In this document: in pieces, positions 40,464 to 51,018 of the stretch
Layout of the letters: each line of letters opens with the position of its first letter
Numbering within the stretch: the first letter of the stretch is position 1
DNA from: a plasmid
Reading direction: 5' to 3' (one strand)
Sequence record: NZ_CP082905.1
Length of the DNA: 64,000 nt
Position numbers and translations under genes: made by a program
Notes under the pieces: generated by a model
The model's database searches: none
What the model saw: only the letters and a program-made list of their open reading frames with translations
What the model was told of the DNA's origin: nothing

Positions 40464-40862
40464 TCAGATGAACGTATAAGCCGTGATTTTGTTACCCGCA
40501 GGGTCTCGCAGGTAGGCTGCATAGGCTCCAAGGAGATGGTTGCGCGGGCCAGGCTGGCCTTCATCTTTCCCTCCGGCGGCAAGGCCGGCTGCGTGGAAAG
40601 CATCAACCTCTTCCGGACTTGCAGCTGCAAATCCAACAGTCACGCCGTTGGCCGATGGCGCTTCGCCATTGCCCGGACGTGCAATAATAAAGGCTGGCTT
40701 TTCGCGACCATAGAGTACCCAGCCGTTGCCAAACGGGCCGAGGTTGTTGATGCCAAGCGTTCCGAGTACAGCATCGTAAAAAGCAGCAGATGTTTCGACA
40801 TCGGATGCACCGATGAACACGTGAGAAAAGATGTCATTACCAGAAATTACAGGTGTTGCCAT
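40464..40862 (-). CDS. VOC/glyoxalase-family protein
   Basis: 132 aa; HVFIGASDVETSAAFYDAVLG ... glyoxalase-like fold signature. Confidence 0.7.
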   Translation of the reverse strand: MATPVISGNDIFSHVFIGASDVETSAAFYDAVLGTLGINNLGPFGNGWVLYGREKPAFIIARPGNGEAPSANGVTVGFAAASPEEVDAFHAAGLAAGGKDEGQPGPRNHLLGAYAAYLRDPAGNKITAYTFI

Positions 40863-40905
40863 GATTCATTTCCTTCAGTTTGTATTTGTTAAGGTCAGGG
40901 CGGGA

Positions 40906-42045
<1,140 letters not shown>

Positions 42046-42321
42046 CTATTTAAGATAGGCACGAACCAGTTCAATCGTATCGTCAACGGATTTACTGATT
42101 TCATGGCTGTAGCTGTCATTCTGGTCAAAGGTTTCCCGTATGTGGCTCTCCAGCACCTCTGCCATAAGACCGTTAGCTGCTCCGCGAACGGCAGCTATCT
42201 GCTGAAGAACGGAACGGCATTCAGTGCCATTTTCAAGCGCTCTTTCCAGAGCATCAATCTGACCCCGAATGCGGCGAACCCGGGTAAGGACCTTTTTTTT
42301 CTCTTCAGGAGTACTGGGCAT
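42046..42321 (-). CDS. frmR: Formaldehyde-responsive repressor FrmR (CsoR/RcnR family)
   Basis: 91 aa; ...[47 protein letters not shown]. Confidence 0.85.
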   Translation of the reverse strand: MPSTPEEKKKVLTRVRRIRGQIDALERALENGTECRSVLQQIAAVRGAANGLMAEVLESHIRETFDQNDSYSHEISKSVDDTIELVRAYLK

Positions 42322-42348
42322 TGTTTACCTCATCTTTTTTGATCTTAG

Positions 42349-42399
42349 ATACTATAGTGGGGTATGTGCTTTTCGTCAACATATACCCCACCATAGTAT
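42349..42399. promoter_or_regulatory. Putative FrmR operator: inverted pair ATACTATAGTGGGGTAT ... ATACCCCACCATAGTAT
   Basis: Perfect 17-bp inverted repeats separated by 17 bp, immediately upstream of frmR. Confidence 0.5.
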
Positions 42400-42644
42400 A
42401 AAGGGTGGGGCAGAGAAAAAACACTGAGCGTTTTTTATTTATGATATAAATCATATTGTTAGTTAATTACTGGCTGTGATCCGGTCGGAAGGAAAGTTGC
42501 TACTAAAATGATATCTACGGATACGGAATTTGGTGCGTAGACAGTTCTGTTAAATTTCGCCAGATATTGGCTCTCTTTGATGGTCAAAAAATGAGCCTAA
42601 CGTACAGTAATTTTCGATATCCAAACTGACCCCTAATTGAAGAT

Positions 42645-43601
42645 TTGAGGCTTCCCAACCCATCCATGCCCGTGGGGCGTGATCTTTTGGTCAGAGTCAG
42701 AGCGGTCGCGGTTAATCCACGTGATCTGAAAAGCCGGCGAAACATAAGCCCTGTTGCAGGCAACCCGGTAGTTATGGGATACGACGCTTCCGGTGTTGTC
42801 GAAGCAACCGGCCCGGATGTAACGTTGTTCAGGCCTGGTGATCACATTTTCTATGCCGGTGTGCTCGATCGTCAGGGAGCCAACGCAGAGTTTCAGCTGG
42901 TTGACGAACGTATTACGGGGATCAAGCCGGCAGCACTGAGTTTTGAAACTGCCGCGTCAATTCCCCTGACCGGTCTGACAGCCTGGGAAATGTTATTTGA
43001 TCGTCTGCAGTTGTCAGTGAACGGCGAGGCTGATCAGACACTATTGATGCTTGGTGGTGCGGGCGGTGTCTCTTGTATGGCTATACAACTTGCGCGCATC
43101 CTGAGTCGGGTGAACATCATCGGGACAGCGTCACGGCAGGAGAGCGCCAGAGCAGTTCGCGGATTTGGTGCGCATTATGTTCTGGACCATTCTCGCGCGC
43201 TTGCGCCACAGGTTGCCAGCCTTGCTGGACTCCCTCCCATTACCCGGATTTTCTCGACGCATACTACGTCATCTGCCTGGGAAAATATGGCAGAAATCAT
43301 TGCCCCACAAGGCCGTATCGGACTCATCGACGATCCTGAACCACTGGATCTGCGTTTGATCAAATTTAAAAGCGTTTCTGTTCACTGGGAGGCAATGTTT
43401 ACCCGCCCAATGCATGCTACTGCGGACATGTCTAAACAGCATGATATTCTTAACAAACTCTCATGCATGCTGGATTCCGGTAAGCTCAAACCTCCGTTGC
43501 TGGCAGAGTATGGCAGGCTGAATGCTAAAGCACTTCGCCGGGCTCATGAGGACATGGAAAATAAAAATGTGAACGGGAAAATTGTTTTTTCAGGGTTCTG
43601 A
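42645..43601 (+). pseudogene. MDR-superfamily quinone oxidoreductase lacking ~25-30 N-terminal residues (TTG-initiated ORF; stop codon 18 nt upstream)
   Basis: Begins at the region homologous to Qor residue ~30 (LLVRVRAVAVNPRDLK); NADPH site GGAGGVS; upstream is AT-rich non-coding. Confidence 0.55.
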
Positions 43602-43815
43602 TGAACAGGCCTGTCAGAGTAAAAAAAGATTCGGGTTCAGCACAATGCTGAATTCTGTCTGGCTATAGAGTAAGAATCGTACCGGAATTGAGCATTTACC
43701 CTCAGTACCTGCGGATGAAAAAGCAGTCTGCCCTGACATACTGAACAATCCCTTCTCATAAGATGCCTCTCTTTTGCTGTTTAAAGAGCTGACCAGTCCG
43801 GGCGGAGACTGACCT

Positions 43816-43839
43816 CGTTCCGCTTTCCAAGCGACCCCC
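43816..43839. repeat. Partial Tn3-family terminal-IR-like sequence CGTTCCGCTTTCCAAGCGACCCCC
   Basis: Matches the outer ~24 bp of the IRs at 43922 and 44474, same orientation. Confidence 0.5.
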
Positions 43840-43921
43840 TTGTTGAAAGTGCGACAAAAGAGATAGAGCGAATGACTATACTTCGCTCATAGCTGCCCGT
43901 CATGCCAGCTCAAAAAATAGG

Positions 43922-43959
43922 CTTAACGTAGGATATTTTCCGTTTTCCAAGCGGCCCCC
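43922..43959. repeat. Tn3-family 38-bp terminal inverted repeat copy (CTTAACGTAGGATATTTTCCGTTTTCCAAGCGGCCCCC)
   Basis: Revcomp begins GGGGG...GAAAACGGAAA, as in the Tn21/Tn1721 subgroup IRs. Confidence 0.6.
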
Positions 43960-43989
43960 ATAAAGCAGGGAACGGTAACAGCATCACTG

Positions 43990-44478
43990 ATGATGAAAAA
44001 GCTGGCAAGCTATCCGAAGCAGAATGGTCTGGCAAAGGCGCTGAGAGAGATTGGCCGCATCGAAAGGTCATTGTTTATGCTGGACTGGTTCAGGGATCCT
44101 TTACTGCGTCGACGCGTACAGGCGGGGCTGAATAAAGGTGAGGCTCGCAATGCCCTTGCGCGAGCGGTCTTTATGCATCGGCTGGGTGAAATCAGAGATC
44201 GGGGGCTGGAGAATCAGAGCTATCGAGCCAGCGGTCTGACGTTGCTGACTGCGGCGATCTCACTGTGGAATACGGTATATATAGAAAGAGCGATAGATTC
44301 TTTGAGACGAAAAGGGATCCCGATTAATGAGCAACTGATTACCCATCTGTCACCACTGGGATGGGAACATATCAACCTGAGCGGGGATTACGTCTGGAGA
44401 ACGAACCTCAAACTGGGACAGGGTAAATACCGCGCATTACGCTCAGTGAATAGTAATGTGTACAAAAAACAGGCTTAG
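43990..44478 (+). pseudogene. tnpA: Tn3-family transposase TnpA, C-terminal ~160 aa only
   Basis: ...[48 protein letters not shown]... matches the Tn3-family TnpA C-terminus; stop lies inside the IR at 44474. Confidence 0.8.
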
Positions 44479-44511
44479 CGTAGGATAATTTCCGTTTTCC
44501 AAGCGGACCCC
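44474..44511. repeat. Tn3-family 38-bp terminal IR (CTTAGCGTAGGATAATTTCCGTTTTCCAAGCGGACCCC) abutting the tnpA 3' end
   Basis: Seen in sequence. Confidence 0.7.
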
Positions 44512-45089
44512 AGGAAGGTCACCTCAGCGGCACGCTGCCGCTCGGTCAGGCCGCAGGTTTTCCGGCTCTGGACGTACCGGCAGATTTAATCAGTCGCCTG
44601 AACCGGAGTTTTGCCCGTGAGCTTGGCGACTGGCGGCGCGGACAGAAAGTCATGTTGATTGCCGAAACCGATCCGCCGGTGAAAAAATTCAGACAGCGTG
44701 ACGGGAAACCTGTGCCGTACAGCACCTGCAGGGTTATCGATGCGGCCCTGATGACCGTCAGTGCCCGGTTTATTCCTCTCGACTCCTCCTGGGAGGGCGT
44801 GATCGAAGAAAAACTCTGGCAGGAGAAGCGGCATTTCATCAAGCCTCTGCGTTATGACGGCGAGGCGGACGTTTTCCCTGATTTTTTGCTGAAAGATGTG
44901 CCGGGCAGGGAGATTGTGCCGCTCGAAGTATTTGGTATGAACACGCCTGATTATCTCGCGCGTAAGGCGGTCAAGCTTGCACATTATCGCGAAGAATATG
45001 GCGAGGGGAACTGGTGGTGCTGGGACGCTTACACGGCAGGTGCTGCTAATAACATCCCGCCGTTTCCTGATAGCCAGCTCATAAAATAA
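44512..45089 (+). pseudogene. 5'-truncated gene for a PD-(D/E)xK-like hypothetical protein; reading frame is open back through the Tn3 IR
   Basis: Frame open from 44484 with no start; ...ADVFPDFLLKDVPGREIVPLEVFGMNTPDYLARKAVK has a PD...E.K-like spacing. Confidence 0.35.
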
Positions 45090-45129
45090 GTCAGCCCGTG
45101 GCAGGGGAATTTCATTCAAATCCCCGGGC

Positions 45130-45387
45130 TTATTTACTCTCTTCTTTCTGATAGACCGAATCGGTACCTTTTGGGAACTGCAGCGCGACAGATCGGTAGT
45201 GCTGCAGCCTTTCACGGAAATATTCTCGCAGTCCAGCAGGCTGTTCCATTTCTGTCTGCTGTGGAATTACCGGCAAATTCAGACGTTCTTTATAAGCCAC
45301 TCCGGAGGCTGCCAGGTCAACATTGATTTTATCCCGTTCTTCACTGGTACGGGCGGCAAGATTATGGCCAGTTTCAGTACGGTTCAT
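45130..45387 (-). CDS. Hypothetical protein (85 aa), second gene of a coupled pair
   Basis: ATGA overlap with the upstream 119-aa ORF. Confidence 0.4.
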   Translation of the reverse strand: MNRTETGHNLAARTSEERDKINVDLAASGVAYKERLNLPVIPQQTEMEQPAGLREYFRERLQHYRSVALQFPKGTDSVYQKEESK

Positions 45388-45743
45388 GATTTTGCGTCTT
45401 CATTGATATTAAAAAAACCAACTCTATCCGTTCTGCCATCAAGGGCACCAGGTAAAGGGAATAAGCCAAAAAAATCGTTGTAAACCAGTGGAATAATATG
45501 AGTTATATTAGTATCCAGCCCCAGATCCAGCATAGCCTGATACGCCTCCGTTCGGTTAGCAAACTCTTCAGCATATTCAGCATCAGATGAATAGATAGGC
45601 TCTCGTCTTTCGGTCTCATTTAAGGCAATAAAGGAGCGTCTTTCCGTATCAAACAGCGCAAATCCTACCACGCCAGCTATGTGGTCCTTTTCTAACTGTT
45701 GGTTAAGCAGTGCCAAATTTTTACGGGAAAATTTTGAGCTCAC
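45384..45743 (-). CDS. Hypothetical protein (119 aa), first gene of a coupled pair
   Basis: ORF with acidic C-terminal half; no family recognised. Confidence 0.4.
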   Translation of the reverse strand: MSSKFSRKNLALLNQQLEKDHIAGVVGFALFDTERRSFIALNETERREPIYSSDAEYAEEFANRTEAYQAMLDLGLDTNITHIIPLVYNDFFGLFPLPGALDGRTDRVGFFNINEDAKS

Positions 45744-45886
45744 AATGTCCCCTTACAGTTATACAGCCGTTTCGTTATCCACTGGATAGAATAACAACAG
45801 GATCATATAGGCATAAGTGTAGATCAACAAAGAATAAGATCTGACTGAACCCAGCAGGAATGCCCCTCTCAGGGGAACTCAATACA

Positions 45887-45990
45887 CTATAGCGGGTGAC
45901 CGATACACTGGAAAGGGTAATACATCCACTGTACAGGGTAGATAGTCCACTATACCGGGTGGAACTGCTCCACTGTCACGGGTAGTATGA
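45887..45990. repeat. RepFIB-type iterons upstream of rep (about 5 units, consensus around TCCACTGTACAGGGTA)
   Basis: ACACTATAGCGGGTGA / ACACTGGAAAGGGTAA / TCCACTGTACAGGGTAG / TCCACTATACCGGGTGG / TCCACTGTCACGGGTAG. Confidence 0.75.
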
Positions 45991-46028
45991 TAATACTGTC
46001 CACACCGGCGCTAATGTTGAATAAATAT

Positions 46029-46904
46029 ATGGATAACAATAAGTTAGCTTTGGTTATAGAAGAAAAAACTAAAGATACAGGCGAAGTTATTCACCTGATA
46101 CCTACACTACGTCAGACTATCCAGCCCAAAGTCCTGTTGCGCTTAGGTGTGTTTGTTCCAACACTTAAATCTACTGGAAAGGGTGGCAGAAAAAACCACA
46201 GCATTGACGCAACAGAATCACTTTCACGCCTGTCCATTGTAGAGGGTGAAGGTTATGAGCAGATCCAGATTTATGGTCCACGCCTCGATATGGATACCGA
46301 TTTTAAGGTCTGGGTCGGCATAATCTATGCGCTGTCTACGCTAAAAGTCGACAGTGAAAACCAGCTCATGGTTAATTTTGCTGATTTTGCAAAATATTGT
46401 GGCTTCGATACCAAACGTATCGATCGGCAGCTTAAAATGCGTTTCGATGCATCTCTGACGCGGATATCCCGCACCAACATAAGCTTTGTGAAGCCCATAC
46501 CCGGTACAGATGATCGAATAACCATTAACATGCATCTGGTCGAAAACACTTATTTTGACAGTAGCACGGGACAGATAGTCATTGTTCCTAACTCAAGGCT
46601 TAATACACTGTACAGGGTGGACGGTAAAACCAGACTGTATCTGAAGGCCCTACAAAAGCTTTCGCGCAAAGAGTCAGCCCAGGCACTGTACTTGTATCTG
46701 GCTGAACTGCCACCAACGTTCTACCGGATTGGCTTTGATCGCCTACGTGAGCGTCTGCAACTGACCTCTCACCTGGGTAACCAGAACGCAACGGTTCGCA
46801 AAGCGCTGCAGCAACTTAATGAAATTGGTTTTCTGGAATATACGGTCGAGAAAGAAGGAAAAGATTACGTTCTGAACATTCTCAAACGTAACACAAAATT
46901 ATAA
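46029..46904 (+). CDS. repB: RepFIB-type replication initiator (Rep_3 family)
   Basis: LLRLGVFVPTLKS..., IYGPRLDMDTDFKVWVGIIYA, RKESAQALYLYLAELP parallel P307/F RepFIB RepA; alternative starts at 45987 or 46014. Confidence 0.85.
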   Translation: MDNNKLALVIEEKTKDTGEVIHLIPTLRQTIQPKVLLRLGVFVPTLKSTGKGGRKNHSIDATESLSRLSIVEGEGYEQIQIYGPRLDMDTDFKVWVGIIYALSTLKVDSENQLMVNFADFAKYCGFDTKRIDRQLKMRFDASLTRISRTNISFVKPIPGTDDRITINMHLVENTYFDSSTGQIVIVPNSRLNTLYRVDGKTRLYLKALQKLSRKESAQALYLYLAELPPTFYRIGFDRLRERLQLTSHLGNQNATVRKALQQLNEIGFLEYTVEKEGKDYVLNILKRNTKL

Positions 46905-46975
46905 AGCACCCGGTATAATGGATATCCACTATACCGGGCGTAATACCCGGTACAGTGGATATTATTTAACTAAGA
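46905..46975. repeat. Downstream RepFIB iterons (CCGGTATAATGGATA / TCCACTATACCGGGCG / CCGGTACAGTGGATA)
   Basis: Seen in sequence. Confidence 0.65.
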
Positions 46976-47185
46976 CCAGTTCAGGCTACCTCATGAATCA
47001 CCAGCGTTTCACAGGCACGTGAGACGGGGCTTATTTTAAGCGTTCCAGAACGATAATGATGATGGCCATTATCGGATGGATCAGCTTAAAGAAGAATAAA
47101 AGCTTATTGAGCATTTTTTCATCTCTTGCCGGGTAAGGTCCTTGCGCGAGTGCCTCTGGGTTACCCTTCGCGCCTGGTGCAACGG

Positions 47186-47405
47186 ACCTACAGACGTCAC
47201 ACCTGACATACCTGGTTCAGGCTGGAACAGTTCACCGGTCCCCACCAGTTACCTGTTCTGGGATTTATTCCTAATAACAAAAAAATTTATTTACCCTAGT
47301 AATATCAGCAGGTTTCTTCCGGAAGCCTTACGCGTTATTTTGCCTTTCTTGAAAGCCAGTTTGCGATTCGTTATCCTTTAATGCACCTACAGACGTCACA
47401 CCTGA
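47186..47405. repeat. Pair of 21-bp perfect direct repeats ACCTACAGACGTCACACCTGA, 199 bp apart
   Basis: 47186..47206 and 47385..47405. Confidence 0.6.
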
Positions 47406-48199
47406 TTGATGGGATGTCTAAAACAAAGCCGGTTCCCCAGCCAGGCTTTGAACTAAACCCGCTACGGCGGGTTTTTTTATACGTATAAGGTTGCTTTGTT
47501 GATAACCACTCCGGGCATAAGCGCTATATGTTGTGCTTGTTGTTTATAAAATAACAACATAGTGAGTATTCTAGTAATTAATCGCGTCTAAACAAGCCTT
47601 GATTTTCGCAAAGAATTCGTGATCGCAAGGTGGTTAATTCCCTAAGTCCACGTTTCATAAAGCCAGCTAACTAAGTCAATTGTTTGAAAAAAAAACTTTA
47701 GAATTTGATCGAGCGCCTGGTTCTTGTGCATGTCGCTATTTTTTACGTTTCTGACAGGCTTTACCTTATGCGCGTAGCGCATGGGAAGGGACAAAGGCTG
47801 TTTCATGTCACGCTGATGTCGAACGTCCCTGGAGACGCGCCGCAGGCGCCACAAAGCTATAAATTGCACAACTCCCACCACTCCCTGCAAAGCCTGACGG
47901 GCTTATCGCGATAAATCAGGTTATCTAAGCCCTTTAGCCCCGGTGAGCGGGCTTAACGGCGCAGAGCGACGTTAAGGGCGTGATTTCCGGGGTCTTGTCC
48001 TCTGACGGCGTTTAAGGCCGTCAGAGGCTAGAGGCTTAGTTACATCATTCATTAAAGCCACTCCTGTTCCGGGCCGAAGGCCCGGGCGGGCGGGGCTTTT
48101 AATGGGTAGGGATACGCTGATGTTACCGATATTTCCGATCCAGTTAACAGGCTTCTCTTCTTATGTTGTAACTAATATCATGCCCAACGCGAAGCGGTG

Positions 48200-48560
48200 G
48201 GAGGAACTTAATATCTGAGCGGCGCGGCCGTCAGGCCACTGCAAGCGAAGGCTACTTTTTTTTATTCACAATCTTACCGAAGATAAAGGATCACCATGCT
48301 ACGTAAGTAAGCAGGGGATTAACTACAGGGTTTAGGAAGGTTTTGCGGGTTATGTGTTCTCTGTTTCCAGCTTTGTCCAGTTATTAGATTGCGGATTTAT
48401 GTGGATAACCGGAATGGAGGCCTAAAAAAAGACGCTGTCGCGTCCCGTATTTCCTTTTTTACTACTGTGAAACATTCGTAAGCTCAAAATACAGCCATTT
48501 TTATGAACCAGAACCAACGCCAAAAGCCCCAAAGAGGGGCATGATTTAGACAAAGTCTTT
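48200..48560. promoter_or_regulatory. Putative IncFII-type origin region downstream of repA1, with DnaA box TGTGGATAA (48400..48408)
   Basis: Position downstream of repA1; DnaA box; AT-rich stretch. Confidence 0.4.
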
Positions 48561-48569
48561 AGTGAACAG

Positions 48570-49616
48570 CTACGCTGGCGGTACGCCTGACTGGAAAAGC
48601 TCCATCTGGTACAGCTGTTGAATGGCCAGCTTTTCCAGCCGATCGGATGAGCAATAATAGGCTTCATCTGCCGACATGGATTTAAGAATATGTGTGGCCA
48701 TCTCATGGACCTGAGCGTCCCACGGTAACTTCGCCAGTCTGTTGGCCCGTTTACGCTTTGCAGCCAGCTCGCGCCGGCGTTTGAGTGCCTGAGACGTCAT
48801 TTTTTCTGCCCAGCGCCGGCGTGCAGCCTGTGGAGAAATGTCTTCATCCTCCGTCATTAGGCCCATTTCAATCAGCTGATGTCGTTCTTCGCTTCTTCTC
48901 AGTGCTTTTTCCTGCTCTTTTGCCAGTTTGACCAGATCGACGCCGAGTGCACGGAAACCTTTTTCTGTGATCCAGACGTATTTTGGTAACCATTGTTTAG
49001 CTGCACGGTCCCATTCCAGCTCACGCGATACATCAAGCAGACCAAACCTGATTTGCTCTTTGAGAAGGCGTGAAATCCGGGGAACCGTGATCTCCTGATC
49101 TTTAATCACATTACCCTTACTGTCTTTTGGGCTGAGTTCTCTGGCCAGTCGCGAAACACACATACCGACAGAATGCTTACCGGCATCACAGAAACTGATG
49201 AGAACAGGCCACATAGCATCCAGCAGGCGCTGTTTTTCGGGACGGAATGCGTATTTACGCCCCGCTTCAATGCGACCCTGAACATAGATTGGATGGCGGG
49301 ACATATGAATGCGAATCTGCGTGGTACCGGTCGCTTTATCCGTTTTTACGAGCCGGTTATAGGCGTAACCCAGCTGACCACCCAGCGTGCGGTAATGAGA
49401 TGGCCGGAACCAGCGTGGATTTTCACACTTTGGCTTCGTGGAATGATTACCCCGCCGGCGCTTCGTTGGTTTTTTCAGCGGTAAGTGAACGGAATCGCCG
49501 CTTTCAGAAACCAGAAAGGAGGTAATTTCTCCGGCATCTACGCGTTGCCAGAAACGTACCTGCGCTTCTTCATCAAGCTGACTCCAGTGCACAGAGGCGT
49601 GATTTTTATCAGCCAT
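48570..49616 (-). CDS. repA1: IncFII-type replication initiator RepA1-like (348 aa)
   Basis: Basic Arg-rich protein preceded by a copB homologue and a ~440-bp leader; position next to traX/traI end as in F-like plasmids; my similarity call to RepA1 is moderate. Confidence 0.75.
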   Translation of the reverse strand: MADKNHASVHWSQLDEEAQVRFWQRVDAGEITSFLVSESGDSVHLPLKKPTKRRRGNHSTKPKCENPRWFRPSHYRTLGGQLGYAYNRLVKTDKATGTTQIRIHMSRHPIYVQGRIEAGRKYAFRPEKQRLLDAMWPVLISFCDAGKHSVGMCVSRLARELSPKDSKGNVIKDQEITVPRISRLLKEQIRFGLLDVSRELEWDRAAKQWLPKYVWITEKGFRALGVDLVKLAKEQEKALRRSEERHQLIEMGLMTEDEDISPQAARRRWAEKMTSQALKRRRELAAKRKRANRLAKLPWDAQVHEMATHILKSMSADEAYYCSSDRLEKLAIQQLYQMELFQSGVPPA

Positions 49617-50056
49617 TTAGCCGCTCCTTACCATGCTGAGCATAGTGACGAACGACATCATGATCGGAAAGAAATCGATTCAGAATTCCTTCACGCCTGG
49701 CAGAACCGATGAAACGTAGAGAAGGGGTGTTTTTCTGGACGGAATTCCAGAATGAATTTTGCGCGTCAGCCATTCCTTCCTGCGCTTATGTTGCACAGAA
49801 GGAGTGAGCACAGAAGGTGTTGTCTTTTTCTGAGCATGAAACTATACTCCCCGTATAGAGCAACAGCTTCTATACAGTTAAGTGGACCCCGTTAATCTTT
49901 CGTCTCCGCCAAGAAACATGAAGATTATCGGGGTTTTTGCTTTTCTGGCTCAGCTAAAATGCTGTTAAACCAGTTCCCTGCCACCTTACGGCGTGGCCAA
50001 CCAGTAAATCCTGCTTATCCGTAATCTACCACTTCAAACTCAGTTCAGTAAAGGCT

Positions 50057-50293
50057 TTACTCTAAAAGGCCTCGCTTTCTGAGCTCGTCCTCTATAAGTT
50101 TTTCAACAAACTGAGCCTGATTAACGCCTTCCCGTTTACACTCATTTATCATCAGATCTTTTAACGGGTTACGCACAAAAACCTTTATTTCTTTATGCGT
50201 TAGCCGTTTCCTGGCCACAGCGGCAAGCTGCTTTTCAGAATCCGTCATCCGTCTGACTTTTTTAGAGGAAGTAACCGTTTGATCACGCGGCAT
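50057..50293 (-). CDS. copB: CopB/RepA2-like copy-number repressor
   Basis: [42 protein letters not shown] parallels R1 CopB; RBS GGAGG. Confidence 0.7.
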   Translation of the reverse strand: MPRDQTVTSSKKVRRMTDSEKQLAAVARKRLTHKEIKVFVRNPLKDLMINECKREGVNQAQFVEKLIEDELRKRGLLE

Positions 50294-50501
50294 TAGCGCT
50301 ACCTCCAGAATGAGATTTTCTGCAGGATAACACAGCTTTAAAAAAGTGGGTTTACATAATTTTGCCCAGCTATCCACTGGCGTCTGGACAGGATGAGCTT
50401 ACGGAGTAAAGAATTTATTCTTTTAAAATGGTCGTGAATGGTCAGGATTTTCAATCCTGACCGTGAGGGACCGGCCAACCGCAGGGCGGCAGGCCGTTTG
50501 T

Positions 50502-51013
50502 TCATTCTGCTTTGCCGGTTACAAGCACGTTCATCAGCCCTAAATCTGAATACGCGTAGCGCAGCAGCTGCAGGCCGGCAAAGAACACTGCCGTGTTCAG
50601 AAAGGGCAGCAGCCACAGGCTCATGTTGTGCATGGCCATGCCGGCCAGCGGTGGCATGATAAGCGCGCTCACACCCGTGGCCACAAACACAGCAGTCAGG
50701 TTTCGTCCGCGAGCAAAGCGTCCTTTTTCACGTCTCACCAGCTGCGGGTGCAGCAGAAGGGTCACGGGCATCATCCCGGGGCGGCTTTTCATTTCCCGGA
50801 TACGTGCCGTTTCGGCGTCCGTCAGGTTATGTATACCTGAAAAGTCCTGAATAAATGCCTCCACCACGCTCTGCACGACCTCACTGCAGCGGGGCTCGCC
50901 CCCCCCTTACTCCAGCGTCGAAGCAGCGCGCCTTTAGCCCTGAATTCAGGCAGCCAGGCCATCAGCATCATCAGGGAAACGGCCGCAGTGGCCGCAATCA
51001 GCAGTAATGTCAT
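50502..51013 (-). pseudogene. Membrane-protein ORF immediately downstream of traI, split into two frames at a C8 homopolymer (50899..50906)
   Basis: 63-aa ORF (51013..50822) and 124-aa ORF (50876..50502) are both hydrophobic and become contiguous with a 1-nt change in the C8 run; not convincingly TraX. Confidence 0.3.
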
Positions 51014-51018
51014 AGGGT

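Noticed and set aside
44586-45215. Minus-strand 209-aa ORF
   Set aside because: It is RS-rich and low-complexity. The opposite strand carries a frame continuous with a PD-(D/E)xK-like motif protein truncated by the Tn3 IR.
50338-51013. traX and finO assignment for ORFs between traI and copB
   Set aside because: The hydrophobic ORFs lack the aromatic-rich TraX signature. No basic FinO-like ORF is present.
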